From Thermoplasmata archaeon (GTDB lineage Archaea; Thermoplasmatota; Thermoplasmata; Thermoplasmatales; GCA-001856825), in the NCBI GenBank assembly GCA_021792255.1, contig JAJYUZ010000002.1:128001-192000 (forward strand): DNA of 64,000 nt. Reading direction: 5' to 3'. The translations under genes were made by a program, and so were the position numbers. The first letter of the stretch is position 1; each line of letters starts with the position of its first letter. The notes under the pieces were generated by a model, which saw only the letters and a list, made by a program, of their open reading frames with translations, ran no database searches and had not been told where the DNA came from. Shown here piece by piece: positions 19,474 to 29,018 of this stretch.

Positions 19474-20015
19474 AGATCTGTAATGGCGAATGCACGCTTT
19501 CTGATCTGGTCGAGGATAGTGTCATTTAATGGATATGAAAATTCCCACGAGCTTGCTTCCATTATGAAACGCTCAAGCACATTCCGAGCTTCCACGAATA
19601 TTCTACGGGAATTGGATTCGTGGCTCATTTGGAAATGGACCATAGAAACACAGAGTAAGATTACTCCGTGATAGAATGTTTTCAGATCTCCATTGTAGTG
19701 TCTCCAAAAATCTTCGAATATTTCATGAGCCAGCCAATACTTCTCTTCCTCCATTGAACCAAACCCTTCCATAATTCCTCTCTCAATCTCTTTTGGTCCG
19801 TTCAGAGGAACGGTTTCTCCTCTTCTGAATATGCAAAGTTCGTAGAATTCACCAGCATTCGCAATGTGCTCCAGCCCTTCATTCACACTGAGAAACCTCA
19901 GGTCGACTTCCATCGAACGGACGCCAATTCTTATGATCTGGGTTCCATCCTGACGAAACCTAACCTGACTCCCTTTCTGGGCGAAGAGTAATATCCTAGT
20001 ATTCCAGTCAAACAC
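19470..20015 (-). CDS. DUF309 domain protein
   Basis: YWLAHEIFE.FW and 'G.I.L.V...H'. Confidence 0.8.
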   Translation of the reverse strand: MFDWNTRILLFAQKGSQVRFRQDGTQIIRIGVRSMEVDLRFLSVNEGLEHIANAGEFYELCIFRRGETVPLNGPKEIERGIMEGFGSMEEEKYWLAHEIFEDFWRHYNGDLKTFYHGVILLCVSMVHFQMSHESNSRRIFVEARNVLERFIMEASSWEFSYPLNDTILDQIRKRAFAITDL

Positions 20016-20140
20016 TGCCAGATGATATCAAATCTCGGCTTAAGAATAGCACTGAGGGTCGGAAATGATGGCCGCGCGTACAGATCGGGAGTTCCCAGGG
20101 ACAAAAAGGAATTGTACAAGTCACCAATATAATACAATCC

Positions 20141-20668
20141 ATGAAGAGACAGGAAACCACTAAACGAAAAGAAGTGAAGGTTAGGATAACTGGTCTTCCC
20201 TCGGATAGGTGGGAGGACTTTAAGAAGCTGAGATTAGAGAGTCTGAAGTCAGATCCCTTGGCATTCCTGAGCTCGTACGAAGAGGAAGTGGATTTTGAAA
20301 AGGAAGTCTGGCAGGGCAGAATTAAGAATGTAATCTTTGCGGTTGTCAAGAATGAACCGATTGGAATGATGACTTTCATACTGAGGAACAGAAAAAAGAA
20401 CGATCACGTAGCAGACATTTTTGCAGTGTATGTAAGCAGGAAGTACAGAGGCATAGGGATAGGAGACAGACTACTCAAAAGGGCCATTCATCTGCTCAAG
20501 AAAAATTCCGACATCTCTAAGATCTCGCTAGGGGTTTGCGTGGAACAAACGCCTGCCGTAAACCTGTATCTCAAGAACAAGTTCAAGGTAGTAGGAGTTC
20601 TAGAAAAAGAGATGAAAGTCGACGGTAATTTTTACGACGAACTGATAATGGAACGCTCCTTGATGTGA
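20141..20668 (+). CDS. GNAT acetyltransferase
   Basis: VYV...YRGIGIG and A..LY.K.KF. Confidence 0.9.
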   Translation: MKRQETTKRKEVKVRITGLPSDRWEDFKKLRLESLKSDPLAFLSSYEEEVDFEKEVWQGRIKNVIFAVVKNEPIGMMTFILRNRKKNDHVADIFAVYVSRKYRGIGIGDRLLKRAIHLLKKNSDISKISLGVCVEQTPAVNLYLKNKFKVVGVLEKEMKVDGNFYDELIMERSLM

Positions 20669-20688
20669 ACAGTGAGGGCCCGTCCAGA

Positions 20689-20772
20689 CGCCGTGGGGGA
20701 GATTTGAACTCCCGACCCCGTAAGGAGACCAGATCTCAAGTCTGGCGCGTTAGGCCGCTTCGCTACCACGGC
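20689..20772 (-). tRNA. tRNA-Ser(UGA)
   Basis: GCCGTGG/CCACGGC acceptor, CCAGA-CTTGAGA-TCTGG anticodon arm, long variable arm, GTTCAAATC T-loop and G73. Confidence 0.96.
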
Positions 20773-20810
20773 TCAACCATTAATAACACGGTTGATATAG
20801 CTTTTTACGA

Positions 20811-21809
20811 ATGGATTTTCCTGCAGTTTTGAGGAGAATAAAAGAGGACGAACGGTACAAGGCAGCCAAGTCTGTAGCTGTTCAGCTCCCTGAGGGGATG
20901 AAGAGGGGTATAGGAGATATAACTCGAGAATTGAATGACAAGGAGCTGATATTCATCGGCGATCCCTTTTGGGGGGCATGCGATATACCTCAAGACGTCA
21001 AATGGGACTTGTTGATTCAGTTTGGCCATAGTCCAATTCCCAATCTTGGCTCATTTCCAAACGTCATTTTTGAAGAAATTCAGGACGATATGGATTTTGA
21101 CGTTGAGCCTGAGAAGATTCCCTTTAAATCACTCATACTGACTTCCAACGTGACTTACTCGAATCAGCTCCCACGAATAAAGAAGAAGCTCGAAGAATCT
21201 GGGATTGCTGTAACTCTTAGAAGAGGGGATTCAAGGGTATTTTATCCAGGTCAAATCTTGGGATGTAACATTTCGACCGCGAGAGGTATTGAGGAGAACG
21301 TCTTCTTCATAGGAGAAGGGATATTTCACCCCCTGGGAATCTCACTAGGGTTGCCCGAAAAAAAGGTACTGTCCTTCAACCCGAAAACTGGAGAATACTT
21401 GGACATGGAAAAGGAAAAGAGAAAGTTTCTCAGGCAGAGGTACAACGCTATAGACGAGGCCTCTAGGGCAAAGAAATTTGGTATAATCGTATCGACAAAA
21501 ATCGGTCAGACTAGATACTCGCTTGCTAGAGTTGCGTTTAATCTATTAAGGGAATCGGGCAGATCCCCATTCATGATAACTCTAGATCTTGTCCGGAATG
21601 AAGAACTGCTGAACTTCCCTGCAGACGTGTATGTGAACACAGCATGCCCCAGGGTTACAGTCGAAGATTACGGTACTTTTTCAAGACCAGTTATAACGTT
21701 CTACGAGCTTCAGATGGCGCTCGGACTCAAAGATAAAAGCAGATATATATTTGATGAAATTGTTATGACTGATGAAATTGGCAGTTCTAGTTTCCGGAAA
21801 CGGAACTAA
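20811..21809 (+). CDS. dph2: Diphthamide biosynthesis radical-SAM enzyme Dph2
   Basis: QLPEG, plus three Fe-S Cys in GACD, ILGC and TACPR. Confidence 0.94.
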   Translation: MDFPAVLRRIKEDERYKAAKSVAVQLPEGMKRGIGDITRELNDKELIFIGDPFWGACDIPQDVKWDLLIQFGHSPIPNLGSFPNVIFEEIQDDMDFDVEPEKIPFKSLILTSNVTYSNQLPRIKKKLEESGIAVTLRRGDSRVFYPGQILGCNISTARGIEENVFFIGEGIFHPLGISLGLPEKKVLSFNPKTGEYLDMEKEKRKFLRQRYNAIDEASRAKKFGIIVSTKIGQTRYSLARVAFNLLRESGRSPFMITLDLVRNEELLNFPADVYVNTACPRVTVEDYGTFSRPVITFYELQMALGLKDKSRYIFDEIVMTDEIGSSSFRKRN

Positions 21810-22359
21810 TCTCCAATCCATAATCGATGCCATTAAGGAGGGTTACATTTCAGGAGTCAGTATATCGTATGTTGTTTCCAGCAGTCCTGAGGCTTATGCA
21901 CTGAAGAGAGCGGAACAAAATGGCATACGCTCCATGACCGTCGAGAAGAAGAGGATGGTTGAATTTCTGAGCCCAATTTTCGAGGAGGTAGACCTAATAG
22001 TGCTGGCAGGCTTTCTTTGGATCATTCCAGAGGTCCTGCTGGGCATTAAGCCCATTATTAATGTCCACCCCTCTCTCCTTCCCCTCTTTGGAGGCAAAGG
22101 AATGTATGGAACGAAAGTGAGTAAGGCGGTACTGAACAGCGGAATGAGGATCTCAGGATCAACTGTTCACTTGGTAACGAACGACATCGACGGTGGACCT
22201 ATAATAATGCAAAGATGCCTGGAGGTGAGGGACGACGACACCCCAGAATCGCTCTTAGATAGAACACATCCGTTGGAACACCAAATCTTAGTGGAAGTTA
22301 TTAAGCAAATGAGCGAAAAGAAATATAAAATAGAAGGGAAAAGAGTGATCTTTCCCTAG
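21772..22359 (+). CDS. purN: Phosphoribosylglycinamide formyltransferase
   Basis: SGNGTNLQ, NVHPSLLP and G.TVH.V...D.GPII. Confidence 0.93.
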   Translation: MKLAVLVSGNGTNLQSIIDAIKEGYISGVSISYVVSSSPEAYALKRAEQNGIRSMTVEKKRMVEFLSPIFEEVDLIVLAGFLWIIPEVLLGIKPIINVHPSLLPLFGGKGMYGTKVSKAVLNSGMRISGSTVHLVTNDIDGGPIIMQRCLEVRDDDTPESLLDRTHPLEHQILVEVIKQMSEKKYKIEGKRVIFP

Positions 22360-22360
22360 T

Positions 22361-24103
22361 TTATGCCAGTTTTCTTCCGACAGATTTCTCGTAGTACGCT
22401 ATTACCTGTGCCTTTTCCTGGTCTGAGTACTTCCTGATGAATTTCTCTTCCTTCAGGGTTCTTCCCGTTTTCTCTTCGTAGACTTTTGGTTCCATCGAGA
22501 ATCTTCTTTGAGTCGCATCTCTATATAGTTCAGGAATAACGTTAAAAGCGCAGAATGGTACTACCTTTCCGTCAGGCATCGCGTAGTGGATATCGCATCT
22601 CTCGACCCTGTCGACGTCATAGGTGTAAGGATCCATGAAGTGCATGAATCCTACGAACATTGAGTTGTAGTGGAATGCCTTCAGTCCGTGGTAGTCTCCG
22701 CCCGTGAACGCTCCAAATATCATTTCTCTCATCTTGAAACCTTCTGGCGCGTTCTTCTCGTCCACGAATGTGTTGAGCTTCCTCAGAAGCGTTGTGAGTG
22801 CTGATGCTTTTTTGAGTGCTTTGACCCTCGATTCGTTGATGTCCGTAGATAGTTCGTTCAGATATTCGAACAATCCTTCCACATCGATGAACCTGGTGAC
22901 TGGAATGATCGATCCATCTGGCTTCTTAAAGATGTACGTACCCATACCGCAGGCGAAGTGGATGCTCAGTCTGTAGGTTGGTTTTCCCTTCAGTGCCTCT
23001 ACAAAGTTGGTAACGGCCGTCGTGCTGGGGACTGTGAAGAAATCCTCTCTCCCTATAGCGCCATCGGTCTGTGCTTCTATTTTCTTGATGCAGCCTGGAA
23101 TAGTGACTCTCTGTCTCTCCCTAAGCTTGTCGGGCATTCTTCCCACCAGGGAAACTGGTTGGAAGTTGACGCTCCTTACAACATCTAGGTTGGAAAGACC
23201 GAACTTTATGATGTCTCCAAGTTCTCCATCGTTAACTCCTCCTATCACCGTGGGCACAAGGACCACACCAACGTTGACTTTTCTATAGGTGTTTAGCGCT
23301 TCAGGTATTTCCCAGAAGTTCTTCGGGTTTGATCTTGGCGTCACACCATCGAAGCTTGTGTAGATTACGTTCGATCCGGCATCGCGGCACTTCTGAATGA
23401 AATCAGGATCCTTGGAAGCCCTAATGCTGTTTGTGTTCAGCTGTACGTGCTCATATCCTTCTTCCCTTGCAATCTTTATGATTTCAGGAAGATCGTCCCT
23501 CATTGTCGGCTCTCCTCCAGTCAGCTGGACTGCATTAGCGCCTACGGGCTTCTCGTTTCTCATTCTTCTGAGCATCATCCTAATTTGATCGTGCGTTGGT
23601 TCGTAAATCGGGTCGTTCTCTTTGGCGTAGAAGAAACAATACCAACACGAAAGGTCACATCTATTCGTAAGAACCACGTTTCCAAGACCGGTATGGCTCT
23701 TGTGTTTAACGCAAAGACCGCAGTGAGTCGGGCAATTAATCTTCTCCGCTGCGAGGCTGATATTAGGGTTTTCGAGCTTGATACCCTTGTCCAACCATTT
23801 CTTTGCCTTCATGTACATGTCATAATCTTCCCAATACTTTTCCTTGGTAACTCCGTGTTCAGGGCACTCCTTTATCATTTTGACTTCTCCGCCTTCCGCA
23901 TAAACAAGGGCGGGTATTTTCATTCTGTCAAATTTGTTCTCGGCTGCGCACTCAGGGCACAGAGATGCAGTTACTCTAATAGCTAACATTCCAGGGTTAA
24001 TCAAATGACCAAACTTCTCGTAGACTTCGTCCAAATTTTTCATCTTTGCGTTTGGACTTATTTCGAACTCAGGAGATAGTATGGATTCGAATGCTTGATC
24101 CAT
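22361..24103 (-). CDS. tes: Tetraether lipid synthase (GDGT-MAS, radical SAM)
   Basis: Rubredoxin-like SLCPEC...CPEHG, CP..CGLC, CDLSCWYCF, HFACG and C-terminal RCDIHY..DG...PFCAFN. Confidence 0.9.
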   Translation of the reverse strand: MDQAFESILSPEFEISPNAKMKNLDEVYEKFGHLINPGMLAIRVTASLCPECAAENKFDRMKIPALVYAEGGEVKMIKECPEHGVTKEKYWEDYDMYMKAKKWLDKGIKLENPNISLAAEKINCPTHCGLCVKHKSHTGLGNVVLTNRCDLSCWYCFFYAKENDPIYEPTHDQIRMMLRRMRNEKPVGANAVQLTGGEPTMRDDLPEIIKIAREEGYEHVQLNTNSIRASKDPDFIQKCRDAGSNVIYTSFDGVTPRSNPKNFWEIPEALNTYRKVNVGVVLVPTVIGGVNDGELGDIIKFGLSNLDVVRSVNFQPVSLVGRMPDKLRERQRVTIPGCIKKIEAQTDGAIGREDFFTVPSTTAVTNFVEALKGKPTYRLSIHFACGMGTYIFKKPDGSIIPVTRFIDVEGLFEYLNELSTDINESRVKALKKASALTTLLRKLNTFVDEKNAPEGFKMREMIFGAFTGGDYHGLKAFHYNSMFVGFMHFMDPYTYDVDRVERCDIHYAMPDGKVVPFCAFNVIPELYRDATQRRFSMEPKVYEEKTGRTLKEEKFIRKYSDQEKAQVIAYYEKSVGRKLA

Positions 24104-24427
24104 AGCGCTACGAATGGTGACCCTATTAAAGAGCTTTTGTATTTACCGCAACTAAGAAACTCGAGATTGTCTCTCTAGAAGCTAACAATTGAAATATTTA
24201 TAGTAGCATTTATTAAATTCATAAGAAATCGGCATTAGGAGCAGAGTGATGTGGTACAGACGCCACTGGTTTGAGTGCTGTACAAGTGCTCAAATTATCA
24301 GAGCTTGGAATCAGCAATATATAAACAGGGAGCATTTTAGTCAAATCCAAACCTCTCATAAATTAGCTTCAAAAGAAGAAGAATTATAATATAAACACAT
24401 TGAAATATAAGATGACAATCTAATGTA

Positions 24428-25378
24428 GTGGAAATAAGGAAAATTCAGAAAACTGGTGGTAGCACATTGGTCGTTTCTCTTCCAAAAGTGTGGTGTCAAA
24501 ACTTTGATCTAAAGGTTGGTTCGAAGGTCATGCTCAACTATAACGAAAAGGGAGGGATAATTATGGAACCCTTCGACAGGGCCCAGTCTAACATTACCGC
24601 AATAATTGATATCAAGAAAGACTCGGAGATGGAAAACGATCTAAGGATGTTGATATCAAAATACATCCAAGGAGTGAAGAAGATAAACATACGATCAGAG
24701 GACAAGAAGGCGATGGACGATGTAATAAAGCGGTTCTTGGAATTTACGATAGGATTTGAGATAACGGATGAGAAGGGAAATGAGGTGGTCATGGAGGACT
24801 TGATCTCGCTTCCAATGCTCACATTTGACAAGGCAATGAGGAGGATGGTGACCCTAGTGCGGAGCATAGTCACAGAATCAATCAGCGACGAGAAGATTCC
24901 ACTTGAGTACGTGCTGCAGAAGGAGGATGAGGTCGATAAATTTAACATCTACATACAGAGACTCTTCAGTCAGAGTCTAAAAGACTATTCTGTCCTACAA
25001 CTCAATAAGATATCATCATCGGAAGCTCTCGCCTACCTGCTTATATCGAGAATACTAGAAAGAATGGCCGATCACGGTGTGAGAATATACCGTCTTCTTG
25101 GTGAAAAGAAACTGAACAATACAGACATTAAGAATTATATCAAGGCGGCTACGGAAATAATGGGAAGGTCAATGGAATATTTCTTCAAGAAAGATGTCAG
25201 TAGCTCAAATGCAGAAATATCTAAGAAAGATTACTTCAAGAGCGAAAGAGAGGTCATTAATCGCTCTCTAAGAGGTACTGTAGATGGCATAATTCTAGCG
25301 GAAGTACTTGAAGATGCAGAGAGGATCGCCCTTTACTCTACCGATATATGCGAACTGGTAATGGACTATTATGAATAA
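24428..25378 (+). CDS. AbrB-PhoU phosphate uptake regulator
   Basis: RKIQKTGGST.VVSLPK.W, plus PhoU repeats (EDEVD, LERMADH, ERIA). Confidence 0.9.
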   Translation: MEIRKIQKTGGSTLVVSLPKVWCQNFDLKVGSKVMLNYNEKGGIIMEPFDRAQSNITAIIDIKKDSEMENDLRMLISKYIQGVKKINIRSEDKKAMDDVIKRFLEFTIGFEITDEKGNEVVMEDLISLPMLTFDKAMRRMVTLVRSIVTESISDEKIPLEYVLQKEDEVDKFNIYIQRLFSQSLKDYSVLQLNKISSSEALAYLLISRILERMADHGVRIYRLLGEKKLNNTDIKNYIKAATEIMGRSMEYFFKKDVSSSNAEISKKDYFKSEREVINRSLRGTVDGIILAEVLEDAERIALYSTDICELVMDYYE

Positions 25379-25426
25379 TTCTAGGACTTTTTTTTGTTTG
25401 ATACGAGAAGAATGGGGTGATAAGTT

Positions 25427-26368
25427 TTGAAGCAAAACACGAGAAGGACTAGAGTGAAGACTGGAACGAATTACATATTTGAGAAAGGGCAATCGGATGC
25501 AAGCGAGCTGAGACGGCTCATCTCAAAGGGAATAGTCGTAGCACCTGGAGTTTTTAACGGGATTAGCGCTCTTGTTGCGGAGAATCACGGATTCAGAGCG
25601 TTGTATCTGTCTGGTTCTGGAATAGCAGGAAGCATGGGGCTCCCCGATCTTTCGCTCACTAGCCTCAACGAGGTAGTGGAGGAAACGAGAAGGATAAAAC
25701 TGGTGTCAGCTCTTCCTCTGATTGTGGATGTGGACACAGGATTTGGAGAAGTCTTGAACGTTGAGAGAACGGTGAGGGAAATCGAACGGGCGGGCGCTTC
25801 TGCCATACACATGGAAGATCAGATATTACCCAAGAAATGCGGTCATCTGGAAGGAAAGAAGTTGGTAGCCGCTGAGGAGATGATAGAGAAGATTCAGGCG
25901 GCTAGTAAATCTAGAATGAATAAAGACTTCACGATAATAGCGAGAACGGATGCAAGGAGTGTAGAAGGAATCGATGCTGCAATTGAAAGAGCTAGACTAT
26001 ACCTAAGAGCGGGAGCTGACGGAATATTTCCGGAAGCACTAGAGTCAAAGGAGGAATTCAAAGAATTCTCGCAGAAAGTCAATGGAATTCTGATGGCAAA
26101 CATGACAGAATATGGAAGAAGTCCTCTACTCTCAGTTGACGAGCTCGAGAAACTTGGCTACAGCATTGTTATTTTTCCCTTAACTGCTTTCAGAGGTGCA
26201 CTCAAAAAAATGGATGAAATCTATTCTAATCTGGCAAAGAATGGAACTCAGAGAAATATGCTAAACGAAATAATGACACGAAAAGATTACTACGAACTGA
26301 TAAACTACTCGTCGTATGAGCTCGAGGATAAGAAACTCAAAGAGAAATCTACAAAAATAATGGAGTGA
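25427..26368 (+). CDS. prpB: 2-methylisocitrate lyase
   Basis: LYLSG, DVDTGFG, KKCGHLEG, ARTDA and ANMTE.G. Confidence 0.9.
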   Translation: MKQNTRRTRVKTGTNYIFEKGQSDASELRRLISKGIVVAPGVFNGISALVAENHGFRALYLSGSGIAGSMGLPDLSLTSLNEVVEETRRIKLVSALPLIVDVDTGFGEVLNVERTVREIERAGASAIHMEDQILPKKCGHLEGKKLVAAEEMIEKIQAASKSRMNKDFTIIARTDARSVEGIDAAIERARLYLRAGADGIFPEALESKEEFKEFSQKVNGILMANMTEYGRSPLLSVDELEKLGYSIVIFPLTAFRGALKKMDEIYSNLAKNGTQRNMLNEIMTRKDYYELINYSSYELEDKKLKEKSTKIME

Positions 26369-26379
26369 TTACTCTTTCT

Positions 26380-26451
26380 GGGCCGGTAGATCAGCGGAAG
26401 ATCGCCTGCTTCGCAAGCAGGAGGTCTCGGGTTCAAATCCCGACCGGTCCA
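26380..26451 (+). tRNA. tRNA-Ala(CGC)
   Basis: GGGCCGG/CCGGTCC-A acceptor with G3:U70, CCTGC-TTCGCAA-GCAGG anticodon arm and GGTTCAAATCC. Confidence 0.97.
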
Positions 26452-26454
26452 TAG

Positions 26455-26904
26455 CTACGCAATTTTCTTTCCCTTTGAACTAATTTTTGACGCGTTGAGA
26501 ACAATTGCTTCTTTAATTAATGCAATTAGAGCGGATACATTCAGGGCGTCCGTTTCATGAAAATCAACGGCACGAACAGTTTTGCTGTCCAGACGTGAGT
26601 TAAAGAGTTTCATTGGATCTGCTATTGTCGCACCTCTTGGAAATGTTAGCCTGACTGCATTCTTGAGTATGTTTGCAATGCAAACTATTCCGTTGCTAGA
26701 CCAGACGGGGACGCCTTCTGGGCAAGAAGGTTTCTTCCACTTCACCTCTTCGACTATTGAAGTATCGACTTTCATTATGACTGTGCGCAGTTGCGATAAT
26801 TTCTTTCCTCGCCAATTATTCGCTTCATTGATTATCTCATCTATCTGCCGTGAAGGGGACTTCTCTTCACTTGAAGAATTTGTGCCTTTCGTCATCTTCA
26901 CCAT
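26455..26904 (-). CDS. DUF1801 (YdhG-like) protein
   Basis: WRG..L..LR, EEVKW.KP...GVPVW, LTFP.GA.I.DP..LFN and RAVD. Confidence 0.85.
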   Translation of the reverse strand: MVKMTKGTNSSSEEKSPSRQIDEIINEANNWRGKKLSQLRTVIMKVDTSIVEEVKWKKPSCPEGVPVWSSNGIVCIANILKNAVRLTFPRGATIADPMKLFNSRLDSKTVRAVDFHETDALNVSALIALIKEAIVLNASKISSKGKKIA

Positions 26905-27285
26905 TTAACTCTTATAAGGAGGCCCTTATTATTATATGCACCCTTCGTTGCCATCGACTCTTTTAATGCATCGTCAGCTTGGAGAACAGGGCCTCACTTA
27001 TCCGAAGGTATCTAGATGCGATAACTGCAGTAAATCCAACGACAAGGACAAGTTTGTTTCAATGGCAATGACCCTTCGCGGTCTCTACCTCTGAGGATGT
27101 CCTTTCACCACGAGTGGAAAGTCTTTTTCCCATTGGTGATCGATGAATACCTTTACGTCAGAAATCTACCGGAGACTGCTGGAGCAGGAGGGACCAAAAT
27201 GGAATAAGTTTCGAACGAAATTATGCAAAACAATGCATAGTGTTTCGAAAACGGTAATATTTATTCCCGACAGCAATTGCACATT

Positions 27286-28803
27286 ATGATCATACTCACC
27301 GGAAACGACCTAACTTTGGATCAAGTGATTAGGACAAGTGAGGGAAGAGAAAGAGTTGTCATTTCTAAGGGAGCAATTGATAGAGTCAAGTCAAGCAGAA
27401 CAGAAGTCGAAAATTTTGTCAACTCCGGAAGATCAATTTATGGCGTGACCACGGGTTTTGGGGATCTAATAAGCGAAAAAATAAGCGTGGACCAACTTAA
27501 GGAACTCCAGAGGAATCTGATAAGATCGCACGCTTCAGGTTATGGCAAGCCTCTAGACACGCGGACAGTCAGGGCCATGATGCTTGTGAGGGCAAACTCA
27601 CTCAGCAAGGGAGTTTCCGGTGTTAGACCGGAATTAATACAATCACTCTTAGACATGCTCAACAAGAACATAATTCCCTACATTCCGGAAAAGGGAAGCG
27701 TTGGTTCGTCAGGAGATCTTTCTCCACTTGCTCATCTTGCGCTGACGTTAATCGGCGAGGGCAGAGTTATCGATAATGGAAAAGTCGTAGACTCACAAAG
27801 TGTGTTCGATCAAAAAGGCCTTCAACCGGTCACCCTAGAGGCGAAGGAAGGGATCTCTCTCATTAATGGAACTTCTTACATGCTGGCTAACCTTTCGCTT
27901 GGGTATGCAGATTCCGAGAATCTGCTGAAACACGCAATAATTGCAGCCGGAATGTCGATGCACCTGTTGAGTGCGACAGAAAAGGCACTCAACTGCGGAC
28001 TATTCTATGCTAGGCCTCACACGGAGCACGGAACGGTCGCCATGGCTCTTAAATCCGTAGTTCAAGGAAGCGAGAGAGTGAGAAAAGGAACAGAAACGAA
28101 GATGCAGGATGCGTATTCACTTAGGTGCGTACCGACGGTTCTGGGCTCCGTATTACAGACTATGAACTACGTGAAAGCCATAGTCAACACGGAACTCAAC
28201 TCTGCGACCGATAACCCGCTAGTTCTTCCGGAGGTTGTCTCCGGTTGCAACTTCCACGGTGAACCTCTGGCACTAGCAGCGGACTATCTTTCAATTGCAT
28301 TGACAGACTTGGGCAACATTTCCGAAAGGAGAACTTTCAGAATTCTTGATAAGTCTCTTTCGGGACTTGGTCCTTTTCTGGCAGACAAGCCCGGGGTCGA
28401 ATCCGGTCTGATGATCCCACAGTATGTAGCTGCTGCTCTATGCAATGAGAACAAAGTATTGGCATATCCATCTTCTGCCGACAACATTCCGACTTCCGCG
28501 AACCAGGAAGACCACAACTCTATGGGAGGGACTGCAACGAGGAAGCTAAGAGAAATCGCGTACAACGTGAAAGGAATAGTCGCGATAGAAATGCTAGTTT
28601 CTTATAAGGGAATGGAAATGTACGGAGTTTCAGGGAAGCACCTTAACACGGCTTATTCGATCTTAAATGAAACCATAGGAGAATTTAGGGGGGATAAAGA
28701 ATCAACGACTGCAATTGAGAAAATCTCCAAACTGATAGATTCCAGAAAAATGCTAGATGAGATTCCGGTCAGACTGGATAGGTCTGTCGCCTCTTCTTCC
28801 TAG
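27286..28803 (+). CDS. hutH: Histidine ammonia-lyase
   Basis: YGVTTGFG, NLIRSHA, GSVG-SSG-DL (MIO triad), QDAYSLRC, NFHG and ANQEDH. Confidence 0.92.
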   Translation: MIILTGNDLTLDQVIRTSEGRERVVISKGAIDRVKSSRTEVENFVNSGRSIYGVTTGFGDLISEKISVDQLKELQRNLIRSHASGYGKPLDTRTVRAMMLVRANSLSKGVSGVRPELIQSLLDMLNKNIIPYIPEKGSVGSSGDLSPLAHLALTLIGEGRVIDNGKVVDSQSVFDQKGLQPVTLEAKEGISLINGTSYMLANLSLGYADSENLLKHAIIAAGMSMHLLSATEKALNCGLFYARPHTEHGTVAMALKSVVQGSERVRKGTETKMQDAYSLRCVPTVLGSVLQTMNYVKAIVNTELNSATDNPLVLPEVVSGCNFHGEPLALAADYLSIALTDLGNISERRTFRILDKSLSGLGPFLADKPGVESGLMIPQYVAAALCNENKVLAYPSSADNIPTSANQEDHNSMGGTATRKLREIAYNVKGIVAIEMLVSYKGMEMYGVSGKHLNTAYSILNETIGEFRGDKESTTAIEKISKLIDSRKMLDEIPVRLDRSVASSS

Positions 28804-28954
28804 AACAGATAGCAAACTCATCGCCGTCGAAGAAAACTTCCCTTTCTGGATACTGTCTTCGTACTTCTTCGACCATGTCTAGAATCTCCTTTACGGTGAG
28901 ATTAGTATTTCTCCCTATTTTCCTATGAACGATCTTGTCTTCAAGGGAGTCCAT
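28769..28954 (-). CDS. Small hypothetical protein (61 aa)
   Basis: ATG start about 25 nt after its own TATA-like TTTATAATA. Charged globular composition with YP.REVFFDGDE. Confidence 0.65.
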   Translation of the reverse strand: MDSLEDKIVHRKIGRNTNLTVKEILDMVEEVRRQYPEREVFFDGDEFAICSRKKRRQTYPV

Positions 28955-29018
28955 CTATGCTTCGTTATTCATTGGTTATTATAAAAGTTTCTTTAATTTC
29001 TCTCGTTTCGCTGCCAAA

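Noticed and set aside
20082-20094. AGATCGGGAGTTC matching the tRNA-Ser T-arm (possible att site)
   Set aside because: It is short, inverted relative to the nearby tRNA, and has no integrase; compatible with chance.
23447-23986. Long antisense ORFs (e.g. 179 aa here, also 13382-13840, 49068-49517, 26582-26908)
   Set aside because: They lie opposite well-supported genes and have no motifs; typical antisense shadow frames.
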